64,000 nt of DNA, taken from positions 82,336,001 to 82,400,000 of the forward strand of contig NC_042997.1 in NCBI RefSeq assembly GCF_006345805.1, written 5' to 3'. Below the pieces are notes generated by a model. It had not been told where the DNA came from, did no database searches, and was given only the letters and a program-made list of their open reading frames with translations. The translations under genes were made by a program, and so were the position numbers. How positions within the stretch are numbered: the first letter of the stretch is position 1; each line of letters starts with the position of its first letter. Positions 47,348-61,117 of the stretch are shown here, one piece after another. Source of the stretch: Octopus sinensis. Lineage: Eukaryota.

Positions 47348-47590
47348 CTTTACATAGCTACCACCAATGGTAACACACTTCTCCCATCGCTTTATGCAGC
47401 TGTGAAGACCTCATCTGCAGAAGTTGGTAGGTTGCATCTAGAGCCAAGACTTAACCACGGAAATAAGTTCATCATCATCATCATCTGAAAAGTGCCACCT
47501 CTTCAAAAAAAGACTTCATGGTTGGAAAGAGGTGGAAGTTAGAGGGTGCAAGGTCAGGAGAGTAAGGGAGATGAGGAAAGGGGATCCAAA
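47348..47590 (-). mobile_element. Mariner transposase C-terminal fragment
   Basis: The minus strand reads PHLPYSPDLAPSNFHLFPTMKSFL...GLHSCIKRWEKCVTIGGSYV. Confidence 0.85.
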
Positions 47591-48706
47591 AAGTGCCAAT
47601 CAAGAATTCTTAATATTGACATCAGTATATATATATATATATATATATATGAAAGTAGTTGTAGGTTATTTGTGATAAAGCATCAGTGAAGTCAGATTAC
47701 CTTGTTTTTATAAAGTGATGATCTAAAATGCTCGGGTTAATAGCAACAGTAGCAGCAGTGCCCTAGATATATAAGTGCTTTTACATGAGTCTCAGTTTAA
47801 ATTTTGTAGAGAACTGGCTATTAATCAGAACATAAATATTTTCTGGCTCTGGTAAGGAAATCTAATCCTTAGTATGATGCTTCAGCAATGCTACTGATAT
47901 GAAGTCGTCATGGAAAATAATACAGATTATATTATGACTCGATGAAAGGACCTTTATACAGTCATCTAACCAACTAGAAATAGTAGCCAAATTTTTCCTG
48001 AAGCCAACCATCTTTGAATGGTTAATGCTGTCTTGGTTGTATAGTTTCTAAAAAAACAAGCAAGATGACAGCAGTTTGAATACATTTTGATCATAGTTCT
48101 GTTTCATCAACAATAACTTGGGCTAAACAACAACTCCAGACTACATTATGTTTGATCTTGTTTTTGTATTTAAAAAAAAAATCCAGGGTGGTTCTAAAGC
48201 TATTTGATGTGCTGAATTAAAAATTGATATCTACATTTCATTATCAACTACACTTTAAAGCTATTACGAAGTTTTTATCTATTTTTTAAAATATTTTAAA
48301 AAAATCTTCATTGAACATTACATTTGACATGTAACAAAAGCTATTTTTAGCGTATATTTTCTTAACATAAAATACCATATTTATTAAATATTTACTTCAA
48401 ACAATACAATTTATGTTTATTTTTATTTTTCAGGTATTTTCGTAAGTCATAAATAACTTTACAGCTTTAACAATAGCACCTAGAAGCTGTGGCAATAGCC
48501 TAGATCATTGCATCACAACTGGTATGCCGTGTCCCACTGATGTGCCATGAGACGATGCTGGGTGTGCTGCAGTGTAACCTGAATATAATTATTTTCCCTA
48601 TGCTTTTAGTTATATTTTTAGTTCAGGTATGCCGCTGAATATTGAAAAGGATACAAGTGTACCAGAAGTGAAAAAAGTTGCAGAGCACTGGCCTAGATGT
48701 ATTTTG

Positions 48707-48746
<40 letters not shown>

Positions 48747-49036
48747 AGTATTAGTCACTAAAAAGAAAAGACATGATATACAGACTTTGTCAGAGTTTAC
48801 CCTGCTTACTTCAGAATGGAATTATAAGATGGAGGCCACTCAGAGTTTGTAGAACGTATTATAACATTGATAAAATAGTCATGAAAAAAGATTAGCTACT
48901 GGAATCTCTGTGGTATGGTTCATTTGTTCATTCATTCATTTTTGCATAATTTTTTTTCCATATGAATACATATTATTGTGACATTGTTTTGCAACTAGAT
49001 GCATTTCCTGTCACTAACCCTTATCAATAATTCAAA

Positions 49037-52000
49037 TCATCATCATTATCATCATCATCATGTAACGTCCGTTTTCCATACTAGCATGGGTTGGACGGTT
49101 TTGACTGAGGGTTGGCAACCAGATGGCTGCACCAGGCTCCAATCTTGATCTGTCAGAGTTTCTACAGCTGGATGCCCTTCTTAATGCCAACCACTCCGAG
49201 AGTGTAGTGGGTACTTTTTACGTGCCACCTGCACGGAGGCCAGTCAGGCGGTACTGGCAATGACCTCACTTGAATCTTTTTACACTTGCCACCAGCACAG
49301 GTGCCAGTGAAGTGACATTGGTAACGATCACGTTCAAATGGTGCCCTTTTATGTGCCAAGTGTACGGAAGCCAGTTGGCTGCTCTGGCAATGATCACAAC
49401 AATCATGCTCGGATGGTGTTCTTGGCACCCTACTAGCACAGGCATAAGTGCCAGTAACACGACGCCAGTAATGATCATACTTGAATAGCCGCTCTGTCAA
49501 CGATCACACTCGTATGGTGCTCTTTGCACCCCGCTAGCATGGATGCAGTCATCAAAATGATTTTGATTTTGATTTTGATTTCACTTGCCCCAACAGGGAT
49601 TCGCAAGCAAAGTTTAGTGACCAAAGAAGGAAAAGCTACGCATAAGCAGGCTGGTTATGCTTCTGGCATAGGCCATGGGTTATGGTTTCATCTGGCTTGC
49701 CAAGTCTTCTCGAGCACAGCATATTTCCAAAGGTCTCGGTCACTAGTCATTTCCTTGGTGAGACCTAAAGTTCGAAGGTCATGCTTCACCACTTCATCCC
49801 AGGTCTTCCTGGGTCTACCTCTTTCACAGGTTCCCTCAACGGCTATGCTGTGGCACTTTTTCACACAGCTATCCTCATCCATTCTCACCACATGACCATA
49901 CCAGCACAGTTGTCTCTCTTGCACACCACATCTAATGCTTCTTAGGTCCAGCTTTTCTCTCAAGGTACTTGGACTCTGTCGAGTATGCACACTGACATTA
50001 CACATCCATCGGATCATACTGGCTTCATTCCTTGCGAGCTTACGCATATCCTCAGCAGTTACAGCCCATGTTTCACTGCCGTGTAGCATGGCTGTTCGTA
50101 CACATGCATCATACAGTCTGCCTTTTACTCTGAGCAAGAGGCCCTTTGTCACCAGCAGAGGTAAGAGCTCTCTGAACTTTGCCCAAGCTATTCTTATTCT
50201 AGCAGCTACACTTTCAGTGCACCCTCCTCCATTACAGATTTGGTCACCTAGGTAATGGAAGCTATCAACTACATCTAGTTTTTCCCCCTGGAAGGTGGCG
50301 GAAGTTGGTCTCTGTGCATTTTCAGTGTTTATTGCTCCCGAGCATCTGCCACATACAAAAGCTATCTTCCCAATTAGCCTTCCTTTGATATTACTGCACC
50401 TCTTATGTGTCCAAAGCTTACACTGGATACATCTTATAGAGTTTCTACCTACACCTCTACTACAGATCGAGCAGGGCCATCTACCTGAAGGGATTTGTGG
50501 TTTGCCTGCCTTCCTACTTATTAGGACTTTGGGTTTAGCTATGTTGATTCTAAGGCCCTTCGATTCTAATCCTTGTTTCCACACTTGAAACTTCTCCTCT
50601 AGTTCTGATAGCGACTCAGCAATTAGAGCAAGAGGAGCTCCAGGGCATCCTGTCTGGAATTCCTCCATTATTACCTGGAGGACTATGATAAATAGGAGGG
50701 GGATAAGGACTGAACCTTGGTGGACCCCAACCTCTACCCGGAATTCTTTAGTGTACTCGTTGCCAACCCTTACCTTATTTACAGCGTCCCTGTACATGGC
50801 TTGCACAGCTCTCACTAACCATTCATCTATTCCTAGGTTCCTCATTGACCACCAGATAAGGGATCGGGGGACCCTGTCAAAGGCTTTCTCCATGTCAACG
50901 AAAGCCAGGTACAGGGGTTTATCTTTGGCTGGGTATTTCTCCTGCAGCTGTCTTACATATGGCATCAGTCTTACATATGGCCAGAAATATGGCATCAGTG
51001 GTGCTTTTCCCTGGCACGAAACCAAATTGCATCTCATCCAAGTTGACTCTCTCCCTAATCAGTTGGGCTATGACCCTCTCTGTGACCTTCATTACCTGAT
51101 CCAACTGCTTGATACTTCTGTAATTATTTGTAACTAGGGCGTCACCTTTACCTTTGTAGCAGTTAACTATTATGCTGCTACACCAGTCATTGGGTATGAC
51201 TCCTTTGTGTATCACCTGGTTAATTACATGGGTGACTAAGCTATAGCCAACACTGCCAGATATTTTGAGCATCTCTGCAGTAATTCCTGTTGGGCCTGGG
51301 GCTTTCCCTGTCTTCATGCTTCTAATTGCCTTAACTACCAAGGAACTGTCAACACGGTTAGCTGGTCCCCCTGTTGGGTCAACATTCAGCAGACTCTCTT
51401 TATCCCATGCATTTTCTTTATTCAGCAACCTTTCATAGTGGCGTCTCCATACCACTCTCTTTGCACCCTCATTTAACGCAAGTGAACCATCATCCATGCG
51501 AACACAGTTCTCTCCTACCACATCATGATTCTCTCTCACACACTCTTGCAACATGAAATGCCTCAAGTCTTTCGTCCTCACGGCGCAGAACATTGGCAAA
51601 TTTTTTCTTATTTGCTTCCCATCTGGCTAAATACACCTGCCTCCTAGCTTCCCTTCTGGCAGTCTGATACATTTCCCTGCTACCACCGTTCTTCCAGTCT
51701 TTCCAAGCCTGTTTCTTTTGTCTAATAGCCCTGTCAACCATATTGTTCTACCACCATGTTATTTTGGGTCTTGAGGGGACTTTGCACCAACCACAGATCT
51801 GGTCAGTGGCTCTCAGCAGGTTGTTCCTTAGAAACCTCCAGTTGTCTTCTACCCTATGTGAAGCTATATCCCCTTCTATTTCATCAAAGGCTTCAAGTAA
51901 TATGTCTCTAAATCTCTGTTCATTCGCAGGATCTTTAAGCTTCCAGACCCTTCTTCTCCATGTTGGTCGTCCTCTTAGTCCTGATCTTAGTCACTAACTA

Positions 52001-52060
52001 CCAGTCTATGTTGTGGGGTACATTCTTCGCCTGGGAAGGTTTTGGCATTTATAAGCAGCC
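49037..52060 (-). mobile_element. RTE LINE, longest copy in the window (5'-truncated, frameshifted)
   Basis: From NAKTFPGEECTPQHRLVVSD through the RT (YADD region deleted, reading GCPGAPLALIAES) to RDLWKYAVLEKT, plus 3'-UTR and (ATG)n tail. Confidence 0.95.
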
Positions 52061-52971
52061 AAATAAGGTATTATTTATTCCTCTCACCTCTGAAAGTGCA
52101 AAACTAGAGGACTGTTTTTGATAGGGAATATCAACAAATGTTAGAGATGTTTTATTTGATAGCTCAACACTTTCATGCAAAGCATACAATGTAAATATTC
52201 ACAACAATACACATATACACGACAAAAACTTCTATAAAGTTTCTCTTTACCAACTTCATTCATAAGACAGTGGTTAACCCAAGGCTATGGTAGAAACCTC
52301 TTGCCTGAGGTACTCTGCAGTGAGACAGAACTCAAGACAATGTAAAAAAACTCCATATCCACACAGGCATTTTTGCACCTGGTTTAAGCCTAAAACTCAC
52401 ATTAACAGGTTTTACTTCCATTCATGCAAATTTCAGTGTTACATTCTCAAGAATAAAGAAAACATTCAGTCCCCCAAATTATTTATCAGCAAACTCAAAT
52501 CCCATAGGCCAGCCATTTCCGACAATCATCTATATGACAGCCTGAATCATTATAATTCAGTCAGCAAAAAATGTTAACTTACTGTCCACTTGCTACACCT
52601 TGTATGTCTAGTGACAACATGGAATCCTCCTTGTTGGCTTATGTTAACAGTTTAGGATTTTGGTTATTATTTTTTAAGCAACAAGGAGTTCCAGGTACCC
52701 AATAAACTCTTCTGTATATTACTACCCACTGAACCAAGAAAGGTATTCTGGCTGTTTAAAGTCCTATTCACCAACCACTTAACTGTTAATGTAGAATTAA
52801 GATGCCAATCTTCAAGGACAATTAGGTGTGGAATTTTTTCCAATTGTCACACATCGATTTCCAAGGCCTTGATTTACTCCTAATTGCAGAAATTTGGAAT
52901 GTGGGCCATTTTCAGAGAATACAAACTAATTTTTATGGTAAATTTAAATAATATAGATAAAAACACAGCTA

Positions 52972-53285
52972 TGTAGTAAGAGGTTTACTTCCGAGCCACA
53001 TGATTCCAGGTTTAGTCCAATAGCATGGCACCTTGGGCAAGTGTCTTCAACTATAGCCTCAGGTCAACCAAAGCCTTTTGAGTGGATATCAAATCAGACA
53101 GAAACTAAAAAAGCCTGTCCTTTGTTTTCATCACTGCAACTTAGCAGTTCAGAAAAAAGACTGACAGAGTAAGTACCTGGCATAAAAAAGAAATTAAGTA
53201 CTGGGTTGATTCGTTTGACTAAAATTCTCCAAGGAGGTACCTCAGCATGGTCATAGTCTAATGACTGAAACAAGGAAAAGAATCA
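52972..53285 (+). mobile_element. Degenerate tRNA-derived SINE
   Basis: Reverse complement of the 9154-9501 family (CACCTTGGGCAAGTGTCTTC...CAGCATGG.CA.AGTC.AATGACTGAAACAAG). Confidence 0.7.
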
Positions 53286-55984
53286 GAATCCTACATTTCT
53301 AGACTCACCACCAGGTATATGTTCAGAATACACGTAGTCTGATATGGTTATAAGCTAGCTACAGTGATTTAGAAATCAAGAAAAAAAATCAACTTTATCG
53401 ATTTTTTAAACTTTTCCACTCAATTCGAGTGCTATTACAACTTTTCAAAGTCTACTTTAAAATTAGAGTTGATGAGGTATTTATGCATTGTTATGGATTA
53501 AAAGTCACCTAAACTTTGAATTTTTTCAAAATTAACCTTGACCCCTGATTTTTATCTTTTATCAATAAGAGGCTACAGTAAAAGACCAAGGTGCCATGCA
53601 GTCAGACTGAACTTGGAACCACGTGGTTGAGAACCAAGCTTCTTATCATGCTTATGCCAATTTTCTTTACCTAATCAACTTATGACTATTCTGAAGAGTT
53701 CAAGTTTCAACTTCCAACTGTTTTTAAAACTATTTATGGTAGAAATTAGGGGGAAATAGCTTTCCTAAGTTTTGGAGTAAATGTTATTTGAAACTTTAAA
53801 CCCTTATAAATGGTAGTAATTCAAAAATTGATTCTGACAAAGAATTAGAGTGTACACATGTAAGAACAGGTATACTGTATAAAAATGGAAATACTTGGGA
53901 ACCTTTTCTGGTGTTATGTTAGAAATCATTAAATCAAATATACACAGAATCTAGAAGATAAAATAGATCTTCAGCTAAGAAAAGGAAAAAGAAGCAATGT
54001 AAAACATTGATGATATACATTTATTAGCATCAAGAACAAACATTGCAATGTTTATTATATGTACCTAGGAAATTTCATGCCCAATGATAGTAACAGTCTC
54101 CAAATGTTAATGGCCAGTACAACCAAATCTGTTCCAGCCAGTTAAAAAAAAATAAATACTGAGGTTTTAAAACCATTAATGTATGGTTAGTACTTTTCAA
54201 ATCTAATATATACAGTTAGTTTTTTATTGATGAGAAATCTGACAATTGAAAAAGAAGACAAGAGTAAGCTATTCAGCTTCCAAATGTAAGCTATTTAGTT
54301 TACAAAGAGCAAGATTACTCAATTTTTTTTATTCTGTTTTATGTGTCATCTTGAACATTTCATTTTGTTTAAAACGTAAAAATTGCAATTCAAGTGCATA
54401 TCAACCATCAATAGATTTAACTATTGAACTTACAGATTGTAACATAAACTACAAATAGATTTCTCTGAAATGAAATGAGTAAACTGGATGAAAGTCACCA
54501 CTTACAGCAAGATATAAGAAGGATTTCATTTGGTCTGCCTCAAATTTAAATCAAACATAGAAATGAGAACAACTGCATTTGTGATATGATTCAAAGCAAC
54601 CTCTAAAATCAAGGTATGCTGGAATATTGTTGATGCAGTTGTTTAAATTCTTTTAAGAATACGAGGGATCCAGTTTGTTTTAATCCCAGGTCCTCTGATG
54701 GAGCAGACCTATAACCAAAGGTGTTTCAGCCATAATCACTCAGTCTTCACAGACATAGTATTTTTAGGATTACATTACCTAATATGAACGTCCATTAATA
54801 TTTTATATAGTAATGAATGGTTTGAGAAAGATATGGCTGCTATTACTAGCAGGTCAAGTTCGTGAATATTGTACAAATATAATGGTTATATCACCGAAAG
54901 CTTAAAGAGGATCCTTACATTTTTATTTCTTTTTGTAGCATGGACTTCGTTTTGTTTAAAAGGTAAAAAGAATACAGATGTGAGAATAATTATTAGTACG
55001 TGTGTGTAATTAATATATTCCAGGAAAATTTGTTCCCACACACGTCTTTTACTTATATACAGAGATTATTTCCTTTTAGTAAATAAAAAAAAATCACAGA
55101 CTTGCCCTATATCCGAAAGAGAGAGAATATAATTGAACCATTCATGCTTTGGTAGCAAGATCGTGAGCGAGTGACCTAAGGGAGTGCCAATAAAAGGTGA
55201 TGTGAGTAGAGTTTATGAAAAATGATAAGGTAGTTAAGAATGGGAGAGAAAGGTGGGGTACGAAGAGAAAGAAAGTATGTAACAAGATAGAGGTTAAAGA
55301 AAATGTGAGAAAGGGAGAGGAGGACACATCAAGTGAAACTAGAAGGTAGTATCAAGAACTCATATAGTAAGTGGGTGGATACAAGAGCACAGACGCAGTG
55401 ACATAAATAAATATGGAGAGAGAAAAAATGATAAAGGATGTTATAGTGAATTGAAATCAGTAGGGAACAGTAGAAATTGTAAGTTGTGTCAGCAAGGAGT
55501 GGTTGAGAACAGTAATGTATACCATTAAGAAGTAATAAAACAAGAGAAAACTTTGGTTAATGTTTACAATGGAAACGATTAACCAAGTTCTAAACATTAA
55601 CCAAAAATTTAAATCACTTAACTGACAATACATGACTTGTACACAATATATAATGATGGCATTATATAAATGTTAAAATTTTTAAAAATCAACTCTTATT
55701 CAATTTATTACGAAAAATAAAAAGGAAAAAAGCATTTATTTATTGACAATACATAACTACTGATGAAAACGTCTTGCATAGTATTGTGGCATGACATCTT
55801 TTACTTGCTTTACCCATTTGACAGTGGCCATGCTAGAGCCTGGAAGGTTTTTATTCGAAGAGATCGACACCAAGCCTTTTTTTTTAAGCCAAGTACCGAT
55901 CTTTTCTGTTTGGCTGCACCTGTGGAAATTTTAAATTCTAGTGGTTAATTGATGTAATTTTCCACGTTGACTCTCGGGGGATTA

Positions 55985-56185
55985 TTCTTTAACTTGTTCC
56001 AGTCATTTGACTGTGGCTATGCTGGAGCACCACTTTTAGTCGAACAAATCGACCCCAGAACTTATTCTTTGAACGCCTAGAACTTATTCTATCGGTATCT
56101 TTTGCTGAACCGCTAATTTATGGGGATGTAAACACACCAACATCGGTTATCAAGCGATAGTGGGGACAAATATAGACACAAATAT
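55985..56185 (-). mobile_element. SINE 3' fragment
   Basis: Collinear with 9154-9350. Confidence 0.8.
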
Positions 56186-56220
56186 ATATATATTTGTGTG
56201 TGTGTATATATATATATATA

Positions 56221-56712
56221 TACTAGCTTAAAAGCCGCCCTCCTGAGCGGCTTTTAAGCTGGCTCCTGGGGATGGCTTTTCATTAGGCCTTAGGCCCGGT
56301 GAAAGTAAGTGATGTGAAAGACATTGGTGATGGTGGTGACGTCAGAAGTCTGAATGGGGTGTGTATTGCATATATGGGATCAACTCAATTTGACATAGAG
56401 ATTTTTTAAATTTAATTTTTTTAAACTAAACACCTTGAAACTTCAGATACTGGTAGAATGTGTCATGTAGAACAGGATTTACTCTTGACGTTCTTGACAA
56501 AATTTTGTATTTTGGAAGTTATTTCATGTTAAAGTTTGTCATATTTGAGTAATTTTAACCAATCAATGACGTGTATTCAGCTGAAGAAAATTACTGCTGC
56601 TGTTTGTGAACAACAACTTCTGGGTCCATTGACAAAACGATGAATCTTCGACAACAGAAAAATTGAAACTGAAAACCTCCCCTAACAAAACCTTTCTTTA
56701 ATAACCAGAGAT
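56221..56712 (+). mobile_element. Non-autonomous Helitron-like element (family C)
   Basis: TACT followed by a perfect 14-bp hairpin AGCTTAAAAGCCGC/GCGGCTTTTAAGCT. Ends CCTTTCTTTAATAACCAGAGAT; sits after (TA)n. Confidence 0.6.
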
Positions 56713-56747
56713 GTTTTTATAGCAACATATATGAGAATGTGTCCATA

Positions 56748-56790
<43 letters not shown>

Positions 56791-56819
56791 ATATATATAT
56801 ATATGTATGTATATATATG

Positions 56820-57149
56820 CTGAGCTGAGACCCCCTTCGGTCATAACTGACCATGGGATTGCACCTAGAATGTTACCCTCCCAGGCAAAAGTCCAGGCAA
56901 TGTTGTTTATGGAAGACCAGCAGTCGCCCATGCATACCGGCCTCCTCTCTCCATGCCACCAGTGTTATCCAAGGGAAAGGCAAAGGCCAATACAGCTTGG
57001 CACCTGTGATGTCGCAACTCATTTCTACAGCTGAGTGAACTGGAGCAACATGAAATAAAGTGTCTTGCTCAAGAACACAACATGCAGCCCAGTTCGGGAT
57101 TCGAACTCACAACCTCACGATTGTAAGCTCAACACTCTAACCACTGAGC
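56820..57149 (-). mobile_element. tRNA-derived SINE with the same head as 1946-2273 but a different tail
   Basis: Shares CAGCTGAGTG.ACTGGAGCAAC.TGAAATAAAGTGTCTTGCTCAAG and the B box (GATTCGAACTCAC on +). The left ~190 bp differ. Confidence 0.85.
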
Positions 57150-57201
<52 letters not shown>

Positions 57202-57353
57202 GGTTATGAGAGATAATGGTGTCAATAAGACCAAAGGTGTCAGGTAATGCTGAGCAAGTGTTATGGACAGACTATCGTTAAGCTCCAGGTTTGATGATTA
57301 TGCGAATGAGGAGTCCAACTTAGGTCATGTATCAGCATGTGTATATATAAAAA

Positions 57354-58686
57354 AATTTTTCAGAATGAAATAAAAATTCAAGGCTGTGAAAGATTCTAGA
57401 ACATTTATAAATAGGTCTTACAGCTGTTTCTGGGATATTTTATATATTCCTTCATCGGAGACAGTGTGAGAAAATTGTTAAGCAATAATTATTTTAAATA
57501 AGATATGAAATAGAGAGTAAAGTTGAGGAATGAAAATAGATGTGAGGTATGCAGGGATTTGCATCTGTACATCCATTATTTAGGCAAAATGGTATACATA
57601 TGAGATTCCAATACCTTATGAGTAAGTTCCAATAGTATTTAAAATTGGTCATTCCAAGTATAGAGTTTGTACACAGTGTTATAGAATCAAGGGTTTTATT
57701 TAAAGTGACTTAAAAATTGGGAATGTAATGTCAAATCAAAACAAGAAGAGAAGAATAAAGAAAAGAAAAAAGCAGGGAGAGAGATAATAAAGAGAATAAG
57801 AGAGGGAAAGTGTAGTGGTTAGTGGTCAGTCAAGATAAATTGATAGCAGGAATGGGGAGGTGAGGGTGATTGAGAGAGAAAGATATGAGTGTGTAAAAAG
57901 ATGATAGGGTAAAGAGTAAAGGAATGTCAGAATGGGAGTGGTGGGTGATAGAGAGAGAGAGAGAGGTATGAGAATGTAAAGAGTAAAGGAGTGTCAGGTA
58001 GGGCAGAACCGTTAGCACGCTGGGCTAGCCGAATTTCGTCTGCCGCTACGTTCTGAGTTCAAATTCCGCTGAGGTTGACTTTGCCTTTCATCCTTTCGGG
58101 GTCGATTAAATAAGTACCAGTTACGCACTGAAGTCGATGAAATCAACTTGATCCGTTTGTCTGTCCTTGTTTGTTCCCACTGTGTTTAGCCCCTTGTGGG
58201 TAGTAAAGAAATAGGTATGTAGTGATAGAGCCTAAGTGAGAGGCAGAGAGGGGTAGTAAAATGGTGGAATGAAGAATTTGGGAATATAGGCTAGGTTGGT
58301 TAGAGGACAGGTGAGTGTTTAGCAGTAGAAGAAAATATATATGTGAAGATGTATACACATGCATATATTAAATATGTATATAGATATTTACACCTGGAAT
58401 AACCAATTTTAAATACTATTGGAACTTACTCACAAGGTATTGGAATCTTATATGTATACCATTCTGCCTAAATAATGGATCTACAGATGCAATATCTCAC
58501 GTCTATTTTCATTCCTCCACTTCACTCTCTATTTCATATCTAAAATAACTATTGCTTAACCATGTTCTCATACCGTCTCCGATGAAGTGATATATAAAAT
58601 ATCCCGGAAACAGCTGTAATACCTTCTATTTATAAATGTTCTAAAATCTTTCACAGCTTTGGATTTTTATCACATTCTGAAAAAAT
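57354..58686. mobile_element. PLE-derived element with ~300-bp inverted terminal repeats, each containing a hammerhead-like motif
   Basis: 57354-57662 is the reverse complement of 58388-58686. Motifs at 57415-57462 (-) and 58575-58622 (+). A purine-rich spacer holds a SINE insertion. Confidence 0.7.
58002..58213 (+). mobile_element. tRNA-derived SINE (GTTGACTTTGCCTTTCATCCTTTCGGGGTCGA core)
   Basis: B box GAGTTCAAATTCC, conserved core, tail GTTTAGCCCCTTGTGGGTAGTAAAGAAATA. Confidence 0.85.
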
Positions 58687-59540
58687 TATATATATATATA
58701 TATATATATAAATGGAACAAAAACGCAATAGAGGGCATTAAAACTTTCGGACAGATAGACGACACAAAGGTGGACAAGAGAAACAACAATTAGAAGGACA
58801 GGCAAAAAAAAAAAAAGACGGGTCATTCTTGGCTTTCTTTCAACAGTCAAGTACCAGAAGTCACAACCATTTCGGACAGTTACACTTGAGATGGTTTGAT
58901 CTGGTTATTCCCAAAAAAGTCTAAGTTAAGGGAATTAGATCCCTTTGTAAGAAGCTAGTGAATGTGTATGGCAACAAAGACAAAAAAACAAGCAAACAAA
59001 AACATGGAGAACATGGTACACAATTACGAATAAAACAAGAAATAACAACAGGCACCTTTCCACTGAAAATGATTCAAATTGAGCTGACATGTTTGAAGTG
59101 AAAGCCTAAAGGCAGGAATATAGGAGAAGGACGCAAGACGATCGATCCGATCGGCAGTCAGGCCAAGAAAGAAAGATCATGGCTGGCCAGACACTGATCA
59201 CCATGTAGGAGGAGAGATGGGTAGGGGACAAAGGGATTGAAGGATTAGAAAAAAATCAGACAAAGGGAAAGATGCAGGGGAGATAAAAGAGTGGGAAATA
59301 GTGAGAGTTAAAGAAAGAGGGCCAAGAAATGTGAGAGAGGGGGAACAAGAGAAAGGAAGAAAAATGAGAGGGGAAATAAAAGATAGAGTAAGTAAGAGTC
59401 ATACAAAATTCTAATTATACTTATATATACACACACACACACATTAATAATAGGCAGAAGTTACAGAGTGGCAATGGCCAAATTTGTGTTTGATAAGTGC
59501 CAATACATGAAACTCAGTTTTTGACTTACTCTTTAACTTA

Positions 59541-59770
59541 TTTCTTTATTGTCCACAAGGGGCTAAACATAGAGGGGACAAACAAGGACAGACAAAGGGA
59601 TTAAGTCAATTACATTAAGTACCAGTGCGTAACTGGTACTTAATTTATCGACTCCGAAAGGATGAAAGGCAAAGTCGACCTCGACGGAATTTGAACTCAG
59701 AACATAAAGGCAGACGAAATACCGCTAAGCATTTCGCCCGGCGTGCTAACGTTTCTGCCAGCTCGCTGCC
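59541..59770 (-). mobile_element. tRNA-derived SINE, same family as 58002-58213
   Basis: Reverse-complement collinearity over ~230 bp. Confidence 0.9.
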
Positions 59771-61117
59771 TTCAGAAGTTACTCTTTCAATTCTGCTGGT
59801 GATATATATTCATACATATATGTGTAAAAAAATCTCATCACGCAATTGAACCAATGAAAGATCCTCTACCTGGTCGCTTGACATGCTAAAAATAGCAGCC
59901 AAAGTAACCCCCTACCTAAATCACACGCCCATTGTATGTAATGTCCTAGATTATCCCAAAAAAGATGGTTTGCTGAAGGCTGGAATGTATTTGATGATAG
60001 GTTTTGCTGTATCAGAGTTGGTTTGAGGCTAAATAACAACAAACTTATTACTGAGACATACCAACGACGGAGCCTGTATGTTATTGCATGACCTGCCAGA
60101 AAAAGGAGCCAAACTTTTTTTATATACAGAATAGAAAAATCTCTATCCTGTGATATACACATAGAGTCCATTATGTCTGGGAACTCTTCTTTGGGATAGA
60201 TTACAAACAGCATCTTGCTGGATAATTGTGCTCATAGTGGCATTATGTACACTCAATAGGTGAGGAGCAAACTCAAAGGTATCAGAATCAATTGGAATGA
60301 GCCACTATGATCAAAGTAAATGAGCAACTCCTTAGTTTCAGGTAGATCTTTGTGGAATGACAGTTTTTGAAGTATCTTATACCCTCATTAACATCATCAA
60401 GAGGCAAAAAAAAAAAAAATGTAGAACATCAACTGTACCTAAAAAATGAATGAAATTCAGCATTGTTATAATACTATGTTCCCAGAGCCAGTTCATGGAT
60501 CCTATACTAATCGGACTGCATAGGATCATAGAAACAACTGTTGTAGCAGATGTTAATGTAGTTTGTTGTTGTTGATTGGTCTGAAGTGATGCTGATCGGC
60601 TGCTTAATAGACTGATCATGTGAAACCACTGTGGTTTGATCATGATGTCGGCTCAGTTACCAAGTGGTTTGAGTTCAAATCACTGCTACACAACCTTTGC
60701 TCTCCATGTTGTGGCCAAAGACTGCAAAAATAGCTCTCAGTGCACCATCTTCAAAGTCAGACATCATGGTTTCTACACTGATATCATAGTTCAGATCTGC
60801 ACGTTTATCCAGTATAGCCTGAAAGCTCTTCATATGTGGTATGAGAAGTTATTAGGAAGAAGAGTGTACACTGAAGTAATGGCATTAAAAGGTACACAGA
60901 TGACATGAAATTGTTTAAATATGTTTGGACCCATAGCAGAGATGCCACCCATATATAGAGTATCAGCACCAGCAAAGTACTTGAAGCCATTGCTTGTACC
61001 AAACACATGAGTATAGTAATGTCAGGATTAAAACCAACTGAACTCAGTAGGAAGTTCATCTAGATCTTTTAACAGACGTAATGCAAATAGAGTTGGATGT
61101 TGATTGAACAGAATATA

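Noticed and set aside
52583-52680. Minus-strand exon ending at a GTAAGT donor (52582)
   Set aside because: No adequate acceptor upstream, and all frames hit stops within ~100 nt.
58730-58900. Additional hammerhead around the two CTGTCCGAAA / CTGTTGAAAG motifs on the minus strand
   Set aside because: The core is non-canonical and no consistent stem I/III pairing could be drawn.
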